From Eledone cirrhosa (lineage: Eukaryota): DNA of 64,000 nucleotides. How positions within the stretch are numbered: the stretch's first letter is position 1; every line of letters begins with the position of its first letter. The stretch covers positions 1,550,001 through 1,614,000 of the forward strand of contig OZ024758.1 of the NCBI GenBank assembly GCA_964016885.1, in the 5' to 3' direction. The translations under genes were made by a program, and so were the position numbers. A model generated the notes under the pieces. That model was not told the origin of the DNA and did not search any database. It saw only the letters and a program-made list of their open reading frames with translations. This document shows, in pieces, positions 41,495-56,833 of the stretch.

Positions 41495-41565
41495 CCTGTC
41501 TGATGAGAACACGTCAGAGGGTTATTATGCAATCACTATGGTGTCTTTGAAATACGTATAACTGG
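41495..41565 (+). ncRNA. Type I hammerhead ribozyme with long stem II
   Basis: CCTGT-CTGATGA-GAACAC...GTGTCTTT-GAAA-T-ACGT-AT-A|ACTGG. Palindromic loop III. Confidence 0.65.
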
Positions 41566-42175
41566 ATTAGATAATAAATAGAGAATGTACATGTAAAACC
41601 GTCTCCATTCTTTATAATATATATATATAGTATATATATATATATAACATGAGAAGAAAGAAGAATACTGCGTGGTTGCACATGGGTTACATATGATAAA
41701 AATAGTCCTTCGTCAGTGATTTGCCAACCATCATTGATATTTCATCGCATTAAAAATCATATACCTCAGGTTGGTGCGAGCAATAACTAAAAAAAGCTAT
41801 TGGGACAAGTAAATCGCGTAAAGCGAGTGAGACAAGTAAACAACATAGAAGGATGACAGCAATGCAAAGATGGGAATAAACAAGCAACATGGTTATCCGG
41901 TCAGCATAAGCTGGGTGGATTTCCTGAGCGATCAAGATACAGACCGTCCGACGTGAGTGAGATGTGAGCAAGAAGAGAACCCACTACTAGCCAAACGGGA
42001 GGAAGTGAGAAGGGGAGAAACAGAGAGTGAGTGAGTGGAAGTGCGAGGAAGAGGTCAGTCGAGAGAAAGTGTAACTGACAGAGGGGACGAAAGAAGGTGA
42101 GAGCAACAGAGAGAACGGGGAAGCAGTAAGAGAGAAACAGACAAACGCAGCTGAGGTAAATATATATAAAAAACA

Positions 42176-42237
<62 letters not shown>

Positions 42238-42240
<3 letters not shown>

Positions 42241-42420
42241 AAAATAGTCAGGACCCCGACGGCTGAGCTCCGGCCATTTCGACAGCTAGTTCTGTCGAAA
42301 CGGCTGGAGCTCAGTCGTCAAGGTCCCGACTCTTTTCCTATTACCCACTCTACTACCCAAAGTATCGAGTACTCTGGTGTGTTATGGTCCACCTGGTTCC
42401 TTACCACACTTCCTTCGTTA
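42238..42420 (+). mobile_element. Fold-back element family 2, diverged
   Basis: Decayed palindrome plus tail. Confidence 0.8.
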
Positions 42421-43172
42421 AGGTATCATACGCTTAACATGTTTGTGGAACCATTGTTGTATTATTTAATGTGTTATAAATATATATGTAATAATGTGTG
42501 TTGCTATATTATTATAATGTGCTATAAATATATATGTTGCGATATTACTGTGATATGTTGTAAATATTATATGTGATAATATATTACTTAAATATGCTGT
42601 AAATATATGAAAACAGTATTTAATGGTTTAAAAATATCTGTGTTCTCTTAAAACAAAAGACGTGTGCCCGCTGTCAGTTTTAATGTAAACATTGTTTTTC
42701 TTTAGCGGGTGGGTGGGTATGAGTGACAGATTATATTTTACAAAGCTGTTTATACCAGAACAAAACACATTAAAGGGAACAAAAAGGAGAGAGAAAAAGG
42801 TAATGAAAAGAAGAAAAAAGAATCAATCAACGAAAGCAAAGGAGAGGAGGAAGGGATAGACTCTACTCTCCAGCTTGGCCGGTGCCTCAGCTGCGTCCTG
42901 CGGGCGAAATGACAATGACATTGCGACGGGCCAGAGACACCCGCTACATCAGCCACACCACCTCACTACCTATAAATCTTTATATCATGGAAAATGAATG
43001 ATGGGCATAGTCCTAGTAAGCAGGTCTACATGTTCCTGTTATTTTGGAAGACGACTGAGATGAAGCACTTGCTTTAGTGGTCATGGTGACCCTTGTTGTG
43101 GGTTTTTCCTCGAGTAACCCTCAGAAATCTTCACGCTATTATAGAATTTTCTTCGTTTATTACTACCTTTGA

Positions 43173-43365
43173 AGGGCGGTGGTTTGGCAGTATCAGTAGA
43201 GCGTCAGACATCATGATTTACAGGATAGAGTTGTGTCCCTTTACGTTCTGCGTTCAAATCCCGCCAGGGTTAACTTTGATTTCATCCTTACAGGGTCGAT
43301 AAAATAAAGTACCAGTAATACACTGGCATAATTACTGGCCTTGTGCCTATATAAGAAACCATTAT
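43173..43365 (+). mobile_element. SINE family A
   Basis: Full-length diverged copy. Confidence 0.85.
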
Positions 43366-43521
43366 TAGCTTTGATTTCGTTATTTCTCCTTTGTACACCT
43401 TTCCATAAATCTACGTCGTATTTAAACCTACCTTTATGTCGGTTTCTTTTAATAACTCCATTGTTATTATCATCATCACCACCATCACCATCACCATCAT
43501 TATCATCATCATCATCACCAC

Positions 43522-43572
<51 letters not shown>

Positions 43573-43715
43573 TATTATGTAGCTTTTATCTTCAAGAAGC
43601 TTTAACCAAATGTCAACTCATCCTTGCCAACCTCCCCCGACAACACAGTTTTATAATGTTCAACACATTTTCTATCATTTTTATCTCCCAAAGTATGTTC
43701 TCTTCTTCTAAGGCA

Positions 43716-43754
<39 letters not shown>

Positions 43755-43802
43755 TATATAAACATACATAGATATATATACATATATATATTTGTTATTT
43801 AT

Positions 43803-44205
<403 letters not shown>

Positions 44206-44224
44206 GTATATATATATGTATATA

Positions 44225-44306
<82 letters not shown>

Positions 44307-44386
44307 ATACATACATATATTTGTTATTTTTATATATATATATATGTATATATTATATATATATATACATACATATATTTGTTATT

Positions 44387-44420
<34 letters not shown>

Positions 44421-44524
44421 AATAAGTGATTCTCTAATCCATTTATTTGCTTATATATAAATATATATATATAAATATATATATATATAAATATATATAT
44501 ATATAAATATATATATATATAAAT

Positions 44525-44906
<382 letters not shown>

Positions 44907-44911
44907 ATTTG

Positions 44912-44990
<79 letters not shown>

Positions 44991-45074
44991 TATATATAAA
45001 TCAAGGCAACAAACAACGAACAAGTGGATGCAAGAACATGAAGTATATTTGTTTCTCGCTTGGAGGATATATAA

Positions 45075-45126
<52 letters not shown>

Positions 45127-45133
45127 GTATATA

Positions 45134-45209
<76 letters not shown>

Positions 45210-45276
45210 ATAAATATATATATATAATAAATATATATATATATATATAATAAATATATATATTTATATATATGTA

Positions 45277-45385
<109 letters not shown>

Positions 45386-45529
45386 ATTTATATATATATA
45401 TATTTATATATATATATTTATATATAAGCAAATAAATGGATTAGAGAATCACTTATTTATTTCTGTCTCATATACGGCTAACTGATAATATAAATGGGGA
45501 TTAAGGGTTTCGTAGTAGTAGTAGTAGTG

Positions 45530-45580
<51 letters not shown>

Positions 45581-46023
45581 TCTGAACGTGTGTATGAGCA
45601 TGTGTTTGTGAGGATATAAAATAGCTTAGAGATAAAATATGGCTTCTTATCGAATTCTTCTTTTTTTTCACATTGGTAGGCTTTCAAAATTCTCAAGCTG
45701 CAAAGATAGAAATAAAGAATGCATTTATTTACAGATTTATACACGACATAACTTGCAGTAGGATTGGCTCTGCTAAGCTGAACAACCAAAAAAAAAGAAT
45801 TGTCGCTTATAAATAGTGCCGCTAGATACTCTGGTTGTTTTTTCCTCTAAAAGACACCTCTAAAGTTCTTCTAAATTCTTCTAGTGCCTATGAAATCATT
45901 TCTAAACTGTATTTGTAAATGGTACATTGACAAAGGGTTTTAAATAACCTCTTGGCAAACAGTACAAACATGTGCGTCTAGAAATGTGTCTTTGTTGCTA
46001 CTCTAAATGCTGCCTCTTCTTAA

Positions 46024-46054
<31 letters not shown>

Positions 46055-46169
46055 CTTCTTCTTCTTCTTCTTCTTCTTCTTCTTCTTCTTCTTCTTCTTC
46101 TTCTTCTTCTTCTTCTTCTTCTCTCTCTCTCTCTCTCTCCCTCTCTCTCTCTCTCGAGAGAGAGAGACC

Positions 46170-46325
46170 TTCTCTACCTGGAGTGAGTCGCTGGTCTCCG
46201 AGTTACGGACTTTATCGAGTAATGTTACTCCAAAGACCCTTCAGAGGAACCCCATTTCGGCCGCTTGTGTTCGGGGTCATATTCTTTCTGTCATTACCCA
46301 AGATTCATGACCATAGGTAAGGGTT
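46170..46325 (-). pseudogene. RTE-clade LINE ORF fragment (post-RT region)
   Basis: LTYGHESWVMTERI*PRTQAAEMGFL*RVFGVTLLDKVRNSE; two stops. Confidence 0.85.
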
Positions 46326-46609
46326 GAAATAATTCCAGCCGTAGCCATTGACGTCTTTAGAGATATCTTGGATTAGATTGACTTGTCCTTTCCCTTTTTA
46401 AGATCGCTAGGATTGATGAGAGGGTGATTTGACTGCTAATTCTAGCAGATGGAGTGACCCCATAGAGCCACTTTCACTAACGTAAGTTCGTGGTGTAAGA
46501 AGCAACCGTCTCAAATTAATCCGTCTGGGTCCCCAACAATAAACACTCAATATCCCACAGACAAATCCTTAAAACATCTAGATCCTGAAAGGAGGACCCC
46601 TACAACTGA

Positions 46610-46815
46610 TATCATATATAACGGCATAGTGATATCATATACAACTATATAGTGATATCATATACAATTACATAGTGATATCATATATACTACATAATGA
46701 TAACTTATATACTACATAGTGATATCATATACAATTACATAGTGATATCATATATACTACATAATGATAACTTATATACTACATAGTGATATCATATACA
46801 ATTACATAGTGATAC
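46610..46815. repeat. AT-rich minisatellite
   Basis: Repeated CATAGTGATATCATATAC units. Confidence 0.85.
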
Positions 46816-46877
46816 AGAATGATTCAAATGCAGGCATTCCCAATTTTCAAGGTTCATTTCTAGTCTAGTGGTATTTG

Positions 46878-47170
46878 GATAAAGTACCAGTAATGTACTG
46901 GGGTCGCTTTAATTGACTTCCCCCTCCCCCACAATTGCTGGCCTTGTGCCAAAGTTAGAAACAATTATCACATAGCAGGCGATGGATTAGCAGTATCGGT
47001 AGAGGGTCGGACACAATGCTTTCTAGCATAGAGTTAAGGCCCTTTGCGGCCTGAGTTAAATTCCCGCCGAGGTTAACATTGCCTTTCATCCTTACGGGGT
47101 CGATAAAATAAAGTACCAGTAATGCACTGGGATAATTGCTGGCCTTGTGCTAAAAGTAGAAACCATTATT
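46878..47170 (+). mobile_element. SINE A 3' fragment followed by full SINE A (46977-47170)
   Basis: Consensus match. Confidence 0.85.
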
Positions 47171-47204
47171 ACATAGAATTGACAATACCTTCCCATAACA
47201 AGAA

Positions 47205-47418
47205 TTTGTCGTCCGACTTTCGTCAAATCAGACCGAGGAAACAATGTTTCCGTTGGTCTTTCTAATTGCTAATACTATCTATCAGTCGCAACTCCACGTA
47301 GAAGGAGCAAAGTGAAATAAAGTGTCTTGCTCAAGGACATAACGCATCACCCGGTCCAGGAATCGAACTAACAACCTCACGATTGCGAATCCAGTTCTCT
47401 AACCACTCAGCCACACGA
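47205..47418 (-). mobile_element. SINE family B variant
   Basis: Inverse of 6516-6725. Confidence 0.8.
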
Positions 47419-47904
47419 TTTCCCATAAGTAAATGGTTAAATCTATGAAATAAGAACAGAAGAGAAACCAATGAAGTCGAGGTTGTAGCAGAACCTAGAT
47501 ACAGGAACAGGAAAGTGAGGGAAAACTGTAGAAACTGAGAGAGAGACATGGAAATAGAATTAAACTTTTTATGTAGGGGAGGAATATGGATATATTTTTG
47601 TGGGGAGGAATATGGATTTATTTTTGCTCATGGGTATCAAGCTGGCCATTCAGTCTGCTTCATTTATAATAGATATTTAGCGAATAAAATTATGAAGTCA
47701 ATTAAATTAAAGCGATTTCTTAAAACCAGACAAGTTTCCTATGCAGATAATTTTTAGAAAGATTCTTGCAGCCTTCAAAAGTACAAAAACAATATTTATT
47801 TCTTTTTTTTGGGGAAAAGCAAACACTAATTCTAGAAAAATAATAACAAAAAACATTATTGAAAGCCTGGGACTTAATTACAATAACTATGAAGTGATAT
47901 AGGA

Positions 47905-48003
47905 TTGGTGGCGGTTGGTGGCGATTGGTGGCGGTTGGTGGCGATTGGTGGCGATTGGTGGCGATTGGTGGCGATTGGTGGCGATTGGTGGCGGTTGGTG
48001 GCG
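47905..48003. repeat. 10-bp tandem repeat x10
   Basis: TTGGTGGCG(A/G). Confidence 0.95.
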
Positions 48004-48093
48004 AACTGTTATATGCCAGCAGCAAGTAGAATCACGGTAATTATTCACAGAAATTGTCTGATATTGTCAAATTAAGAACACTTCCTCTAACAT

Positions 48094-48285
48094 ATGATGG
48101 TCAGCTGAAATGTTCATAGACTGGCTAGGAAGGCGTGATGCTAGAGCTGTGAAATCTTGCATGCATTAATTTCAACTCTTCTTATTAATGACTGCATTGT
48201 TTCTTTCCAGGACTATGGTGAAAAATATACCTCGTTTAGTCATTGCATGAGAGTGTCTTGGTCAGCCTATGAACTTTTCAGCACC
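48094..48285 (+). mobile_element. Mariner-type MITE (CGAGGG family)
   Basis: Single-unit copy. Confidence 0.8.
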
Positions 48286-48528
48286 GGCTGGAAGGAGTGT
48301 TTGAGGACTCTGCCCCCACGACCCTCTCAGGAATAAGTGGTCGAGGTAGAAGTTTAAATTAAAAAGGTCATTAACAAAATATAATTAATGAAACATTTAG
48401 TATTTGAAATGACTTCCTATACTTTTGACTGAGAATAAGGTCTGGAGGGGGAGCTGTTTTAGTTGCCGATCACTCGACCATGAAGCAAGTAAATGTGATG
48501 ACTAAAATCCGAAGAGGGCTCGATAAGG

Positions 48529-48583
<55 letters not shown>

Positions 48584-49207
48584 TATGCGTACAAACTAAT
48601 CAAGGAGGAGAGATAGGAAATTAGTTGTGAGAACTCTAAGAACTACAATGTTGAAAGTTACCCTTTCTATAGATGAAAGTTAGTAATGAAAGGGTTAAGT
48701 AATCATATTGGTGGTCTCCCCACACAGCCCTGGCGGACAGAATGGAGATGCTGGGTTAAATGGTACCAGTGGCAGAAACCTGACCTGACATAATTTCTAC
48801 CAGACATAAACAATTGTAAATTAGATAGGATCAAAGTCCCATTCATTCTAGCAACAGGACAAATGAAACATCATTACGGTTCTCTTTGAAGACTCAAGAA
48901 GAATTTTCAGAACTGTCATACGAGTGATGTCTAAAGCTTAAATTTTAAAAAATAAACTTGAACATTTTTTTTTTATTTATTTTAATTTTTGGTCGGTTGA
49001 ATGTGAAATTAGAATTTCCGATAGAATCTGAATTAGAAGTGACAGTTCTTTGACCAATTCCTTTCCTACATTTATGGAAATCAGTTTTAACGAAAATAAA
49101 CACAAAATACCGATCAAATAGTAAAAATGTAAAAATTCCTTTCTGAATATCACTGACAATTATCAAAGCCACAGTTTGGTGTACCGGAACAAACAAGTAT
49201 GATGATA

Positions 49208-49742
49208 ATAATGGTTTCTACTTTTTGGCACAAAGCCAGCAATTACCCAGTGCATTACTGGTACTTTATTTTATCGACCCCGTAAGGATGAAAGGCAAAG
49301 TCAACCTCGGTGGGATTTGAACTCAGATCGTAAAGGGACGTAACTATGCTGGAAAGCATGGCGTCCGACCATCTACTGATACTGCCAATCCACCGCCCCA
49401 TGATGATAATAATGGTTTCTTACATAGGCACAAGGCCAGCAATTTTAGGGGAGGTGGAAAGTCGACTAAATCAACCCCAGTGCGTGACTGGTACTTTATT
49501 TTATCGCCTCCGTAAGGATGAAAGGCAAAGTTAACCACGGCAGGATTTGAACTCAGATCATAAAGGGCCGTAACTCTATGCTGCAAAGCAAGGCATCCGA
49601 CCCATTATCAATACTGCCAAACCACTGTCCTTCTATGTAATAGAATGTAATTATATGTAACTCAGAACGTAAAGGGACGTAACTCTATGCCGCCAGCCAT
49701 GTTAGCCGACGTTCCTTCCACCGTTACTACCAATCCACCTAC
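49208..49742 (-). mobile_element. Cluster of 2.5 head-to-tail SINE A copies
   Basis: 49208-49399 (flanked by ATGATGATAATAAT repeats), 49410-49630 and 49660-49742. Confidence 0.85.
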
Positions 49743-50099
49743 CACAGTTACTATTTAATATTAAAGTACCATTATATTCAATATTTAGACTTGAGATCCT
49801 CACGATGTCAACTTAATATTTCGTCTTTCCTGTTGCAAGTCAAATATTGGATCAATTCAATCAATATCCCCCCTCCCCTTCCTCTAAACGTTGGTGGTTT
49901 TGAGCTAAAGTTAGATCTCATCATAAAGAAAACAATGTACTTCTTAGATCAAGTTCTAACTAACGGACACGTTTCTTTTGAACAACCATTATATCATACA
50001 CCCACCTCCTTCCTCACCCTCTATCTCTTTCACCTTCTACACTCTCACTTTCTCTCATCTCCTACTATCCCCCCTCCTCCCTTCCCATTATTATACACA

Positions 50100-50411
50100 C
50101 GAGGGTAAGTTGAAAATTTCATAGGCTGGCTATGAAGGAGTGATGTTAGGGCTGTGAAATCTTGCATGTATTAATTTCAACTCTTCTCATTAATAACTGC
50201 ATTGTTTCTTTCCAAGGACTATGTAGAAAAATAAACCTCCTTTGATCATTCCATGAGAGTATCTTGGTCAGTCTATGAAGGAGTGATGCTAGAGCTGTGA
50301 AATCTTGCATGCATTAATTCTAACTCTTCTTGTTAATTTGAAAAATAAACCTCATTTGGTCATTCCATGAGAGTACCTTGGTCAGACTATGAACTATTCA
50401 GCCGACTGTCG
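50100..50411. mobile_element. Mariner-type MITE with internal duplication
   Basis: CGAGGG..TTGAAAATTTCATAGGCTG / CAGACTATGAACTATTCAGCCGACTGTCG-TA. Confidence 0.8.
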
Positions 50412-50497
50412 TACACAAATAATTTCTCTCTGTCATCTTTCTTTTCTTCTGTCGCAGATCTTTACATATATATATATACACACACACTCAGACACAA

Positions 50498-50550
<53 letters not shown>

Positions 50551-50708
50551 AACCTTTGTTTCCGTGTCCACATTACTCTCTCCCTCTCTCTCTCCCTCTC
50601 TCTCTCCCTCTCCCCCCCTCTCTCTCTCTCTCTCCCTCTCCTACATTCATACATAATCTCTTATTTTACTATTTATCAGTTTTTCTTCTCCCAATAACTT
50701 CTCTTCCT

Positions 50709-51456
50709 TCTGTTCTCCACAAGATGTCCATCTGTCGTCCACAAGATGTCCATCTGTCCTCCACAAGATGTCCCTCTGTTCTCCATAAGATGTCCCTCTG
50801 TTCTCCACAAGATGTCCATCTGTCCTCCACAAGATCTCCCTCTGTCCACCACAAGATGTCCATCTTTCCTCCACAATATATCCATCTGTCCACCACATGA
50901 TGTCCATCTGTCCTCCACAAGATGTCCCTCTGTCCTCCACAAGATCTCCCTCTGTTCTCCACAAGATGTCCATCTGTTCTCCACAAGATGTCCCTCTGTT
51001 CTCCATAAGATGTCCCTCTGTTCTCCACAAGATGTCCATCTGTCCTCCACAAGATCTCCCTCTGTCCACCACAAGATGTCCGTCTGTCCTCCACAAGATG
51101 TCCCTCTGTCCTCCACAAGATCTCCCTCTGTTCTCCACAAGATGTCCATCTGTTCTCCACAAGATATCCCTCTGTTCTCCACAAGATGTCCATCTGTCCT
51201 CCACAAGATCTCCCTCTGTTCTCCACAAGATGTCCATCTGTCCTCCACAGGATGTCCCTCTGTTCTCCACAAGATGTCCATCTGTCCTCCACAAGATGTC
51301 CCTCTGTTCTCCACAAGATGTCCCTCTGTTCTCCACAAGATGTCCCTCTGTTCTCCACAAGATGTCCATCTGTCCTCCACAAGATGTCCATCTGTTCACC
51401 ACAAGATGTCTCCATCTGTTCTCCACAAGATGTCCATCTGTTCTCCACAAGATGTC
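50709..51456. repeat. 22-bp minisatellite x~34
   Basis: CTGT(T/C)CTCCACAAGAT(G/C)TCC(A/C)T. Confidence 0.95.
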
Positions 51457-51549
51457 TCCTCTTTTCTCGCCATTTTCTCTAAAGATAATCGTAATTCTTA
51501 TCAAAAATAGGTTCTAATCAATAATACGCCTGAAGTGAACGATAAACAG

Positions 51550-52215
<666 letters not shown>

Positions 52216-52314
52216 GTCATTTAGTTTAGATAACACAACAAAGGGAATGAAAAATGAGTGAAAGCAAAACAAAAAGAGATAAAAGGCAAAGAAAAAGAAG
52301 AATGAGGAAAGGGA

Positions 52315-52362
<48 letters not shown>

Positions 52363-52510
52363 CTATCTATCTAGCTAGCTATCTATGTATCTTTAAAGTT
52401 ATTTTTATGTAAAACTCCCGCCGTCACGTCTTGTAATGTTCCATTTTTGTACGCCCCTGTGGCAAATAAAGAAAGATATATATGTATCTTTATATCTATC
52501 TATCTATATA

Positions 52511-53725
52511 TTCGGACGCTGGACGGAGGGCCCGGTGAAGTTGCTCGGGGTCTGGTTCGGACCGGACCTCCAGGTGGAGAAAAACTGGGCGGAGGTTACG
52601 AACAGGGTGTTTGCACTGACCCAGAAGTGGGCCAGTTGCAAACTATCCCTGAAAGGTCGGGCGGAGGTGGCGAACACTTATATAGCGTCCGTCATCTACT
52701 ACCGCCTGACCGTAGTGCCCTGCCCAAGGGAAACCCTCACCAAGATGGAGCGCGCGCTCTTCCAATTCCTTTGGAAGAGGCGGGCTCCTATGGTGAGGAG
52801 ATCCATCTGCTGTCAACACCCTTCGAAAGGAGGGCTGGGGATGCCGTGGCTAATGATGCGTAAACACGCATTAAGGCTACGGCACCTCTACGTATTCCTC
52901 ACCGGACAACCGGTGTGGGCCTCGTTTGTGAGACGAACCTTTCCCAGACTCGTCTCACTCACCGAGATGCAATCCTGGGTCAAGCAAAGACCGAGAAAAC
53001 TGGGCGCCTGGCACACTGAGTGTGCCCAGGCGCTCACCGCCCTCTGGCAGGCGGATCCGGTTATCAGTGGAGACTCCACCGCAACATTCTATAGAGGGCT
53101 GGTACGCAGCAGGTGCGACGACGCCCTCGGAGAAGCCCTAGACATGGAGGAGGACGAACTGGCCAGCCTGTTCGGTAGGACATTCAGCCCGGGACCTATG
53201 GACAACTTCCAGAAGTCCCTGGCCTGGCAGTGCTACCGAGGGGCTTTACCCGTTCGAGAAAGGCTCTACAGACACGGGCGCCCGGGTAGGGACCCCGCCA
53301 AAAAGATCTGTCCCAGATGCGTGTGCGACGAGGAAACCGTTGCACACGCATTGGTACACTGCTCGGGCGTAGCCGATCTGTGGGGCTATGTCGAACAACT
53401 GCTGTCAAGGGTGGGACCGATCCGGTTGACCACCGAGTCTATTGTAATGATCAAGCCGCCTCCCCCCTTCAAAGATGAAGCAGAGGCGGTGTTTCTGTGC
53501 GTAATAGCCATGGCGAAAGAGGTTGTATGGTGGACGCGTCTGAAAGGACTGAGGTCAGGCACCTTTCTCTCTGGCCAACAACTGGTCCGTTTCTTCCGAT
53601 ATCATTTCGGAAGAAGGATCAGGATGGAGAGAGAGGTGCTGCACCCCAGCCGTTTCTATGAAAGATGGGTGAAAGTGGCGAGAATGGCCCGTGTGAATGG
53701 GCCTTCACTCTACATCAGACTATAG
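52511..53725 (+). CDS. 5'-truncated Tx1/L1-clade LINE ORF2 C-terminus (end of RT plus CCHC zinc finger)
   Basis: VKLLGVWFG, W....LSLKGR..V.N, P..KGGLGMP and CPRC...ETVAHALVHC. About 404 uninterrupted codons in a GC-rich island; the ORF-track N-terminus is flanking sequence. Confidence 0.9.
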   Translation, partial: FGRWTEGPVKLLGVWFGPDLQVEKNWAEVTNRVFALTQKWASCKLSLKGRAEVANTYIASVIYYRLTVVPCPRETLTKMERALFQFLWKRRAPMVRRSICCQHPSKGGLGMPWLMMRKHALRLRHLYVFLTGQPVWASFVRRTFPRLVSLTEMQSWVKQRPRKLGAWHTECAQALTALWQADPVISGDSTATFYRGLVRSRCDDALGEALDMEEDELASLFGRTFSPGPMDNFQKSLAWQCYRGALPVRERLYRHGRPGRDPAKKICPRCVCDEETVAHALVHCSGVADLWGYVEQLLSRVGPIRLTTESIVMIKPPPPFKDEAEAVFLCVIAMAKEVVWWTRLKGLRSGTFLSGQQLVRFFRYHFGRRIRMEREVLHPSRFYERWVKVARMARVNGPSLYIRL

Positions 53726-53987
53726 GTGAGGAAGATGAAAGACCAAGGGAGCACCCCTTCTCTGTGCTCCTGAGGAGAAGGGTTGCACACTTTTTTCGGG
53801 GGTGTGTGCGAACCCCCCAAGGCGCCTCCTCTCTATTGAGGATTTTGTTAAAAATTTTATTTTTTGTTATATCTTATTTTATTTTTATATTTTGTTATTG
53901 CCTCCTCCTTATTGAGGACGCCTTTTTGTGTAAACTCCCCCCTTTGTACTTGTCCCACTTTTGATGCCCTAGTGGCAAATAAAAGAA
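52511..53987 (+). mobile_element. Tx1-like LINE including structured 3'UTR ending GGCAAATAAAAGAAA
   Basis: Bounded by (TCTA)/(TA) repeats. A related short 3' end sits just upstream at 52400-52475. Confidence 0.85.
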
Positions 53988-54215
53988 ACATATATATATA
54001 TATAGAGAGAGAGAGGGGAGATACACGTATACATATATATAGAAAGAGAGGGGATGAGAGTGAGAGAGAGAAGGGGAGAGTGAGAGAGAAAAGGAGGAGA
54101 GGGAGAGAGAGAAAGGGGAGAGTGAGTGAGATAAGGGGGACAGTGAGTGAGAGATAAAGGGGAGAGAGACGAAGGAGAGTGAGAGTGAAAAGGAGAGAGA
54201 GTGAGATAGAGAATG

Positions 54216-54252
<37 letters not shown>

Positions 54253-55226
54253 AGGGATGAGAATGATAGAGAGAGTGAGAGAGTGAGAGAGACAGAGATA
54301 AGAAAAGACTGATCGAATAGTTAAAATGTGAAAGGAAAGGAAAGATGAAACAAACGGAAATGAGTGGATTAATTGATCGATGGATGAGATGAACAAGTTT
54401 ATTTGAAATATTTCTTCCACCGGAAGAACTAGAAATTGAGTCTTTAGAAGAATTTCATTGGCTCCAGGAATAATTCCTAATCCTACACTTTACTTTCTCG
54501 CTTTGTTCATATCTTTCCCCATATACTTCGTTCTATCTATTTTTCTCTTCCAGTAGAAGGAGAGAAAAATGAAAGACTAGGTGTTTTATTTTGAAACAAA
54601 CAATTATATTTTATAGACTGGCTAGAGAAGAAAACGTAAAGATTCTGTCAAGCCTCATGTACGATCTAGTTTCAATTGTCGGCTAAAAGTATGTTTAAAC
54701 TTCTGGCTTTAAAACATAAAGATTCTGTCAATCCATAGACGAGATAACTCATCCTAACATGTTTAAATTCATTTCCAACAGTTCATAACTTCAAACTTAT
54801 GAACTCCTTCTCAAAAGTTCATAACTTCAAAGTTTGAACTCTTTTCGAACAGTAAGCTCTAGTTTCAATTGCTGACTAGAAGTATGTTTTTTACTGATGG
54901 GTTTAAAACATAAATATTCCGCCGAGCGTAATCTACGCTCTAGTTTCAATTGTCGACAAAGATGATTATCATTTGGGAGGTCACAATGTGTGGCGAAAGA
55001 ACTTTGACAGACAAATAAATAATGAATAAAAATCAATAAAAATAAAGTGGAAAATATGTGTTGCATGTGTGTGTGTGTGTGTGTGTGTGAGTCACGGGTG
55101 CTTTCCTGTTGATTTCTTTCGAATGAGACAGTTCTGTAGACGCCATTTCTCTCTCTCTCTCTCTCTAAATATATATATATATACATGCATACATATATAT
55201 ATACATACATATATATACATATATGA

Positions 55227-55575
55227 ATATACGATATTAAACAAATGGAAACTATATTTATAAAACCATATTTATTTCATTATACATATTTCAGGGATAC
55301 CATATTAAAAATATGGCATGCCTTCGTCAGATAAAATACAATATATAAACAGTTTTATAGATAATTTTGACGTACCATATTATAAGCGACCATTATATTC
55401 GGAATATAATGGTCGCTTATAATATGGTACGTCAAAATTATCTATAAAACTGTTTATATATTGTATTTTATCTGACGAAGGCATGCCATATTTTTAATAT
55501 GGTATCCCTGAAATATGTATAATGAAATAAATATGGTTTTATAAATATAGTTTCCATTTGTTTAATATCGTATAT
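55227..55575. repeat. Perfect 349-bp palindrome with two opposed hammerheads (family 6)
   Basis: 174-bp arms with 1-nt centre at 55401. Hammerhead on + at 55464-55529 (CTGACGA..GAAATATGTATA|ATGAAATA) and on - at 55273-55338. Confidence 0.92.
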
Positions 55576-55709
55576 CTACTCCAAAAACTTGTCGAGTGCT
55601 TTATATCAGTTATAAAATATTTACTTGTTGTAACCCAACAATTTTAAATAAAACTTTTGCATATATGAATATATATATATTAGACATATATATATATATT
55701 AGACATATA

Positions 55710-55821
<112 letters not shown>

Positions 55822-55978
55822 TAACAGATTAAAGTTTAAGCAAAGGATCGCTGCTTTCACCCTTAACGGGATCTTCTGAAACTCATAATAAATATTTGCT
55901 GTACGGTTCTTATATATTTGATATATAGTTATCCTTATCGAGCCCTCTTTGGATTTTAGTCTTCAAATTTATTATTAT

Positions 55979-56084
<106 letters not shown>

Positions 56085-56120
56085 TGTGTTGATACACATA
56101 TCGTTTGTCGCATCACCAGA

Positions 56121-56204
56121 CTGAGGAGCAGATTGATACTGGAGCCGGGTGTGTAACTCATATGAGTCATCTTGAGACAATCCTCTGCGAAACACGTGTA
56201 ACAA
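56121..56204 (+). ncRNA. Hammerhead-like motif with long stem II, stem I not evident
   Basis: CTGAGGA-GCAGA...TCTGC-GAAA-C-ACGT-GT-A. Confidence 0.55.
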
Positions 56205-56549
56205 GTCGATACTGCCAAACGAAAGGCAGATGAAATATAAGTAAATGTCGTAGAAGAGATATAAAAGATTTATCACAGTAAACTTTCTTGGTTAAGGAAG
56301 ATAAAAAATGTGATTTTTCAATATACCATTAAATACCTTGACAAAATGACAAAATAGAATTATGTGGAAATTACAGTCTGAGAACAGATGACGTCAATGG
56401 TATAATAAAATATATTGAATAATATATAATATATAGATAATAATAGTGTGGGGTACACATACGTACATATATATATATGTGTGTATATGTGTGTATATAT
56501 ATACATGCATGCATATATATATATACAAGCATGTATACATATATATATG

Positions 56550-56634
<85 letters not shown>

Positions 56635-56646
56635 GCATGTATGTAT

Positions 56647-56677
<31 letters not shown>

Positions 56678-56802
56678 TACATATATATATGTATATATAT
56701 TTGTGTGTGTCTGTGTGTATGTGTGTGTGAATGTATATATATATATATTGTATAAATGTGTGTGTGTGTATGTATATATGTATAAATGTGTGTATGTGTG
56801 TG

Positions 56803-56833
<31 letters not shown>

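Noticed and set aside
41706-41720. Minus-strand CTGACGA
   Set aside because: No downstream GAAA or stem III; truncated or chance.
50647-51517. ORFs open in several frames
   Set aside because: 22-bp tandem repeat; the period is not a multiple of three.
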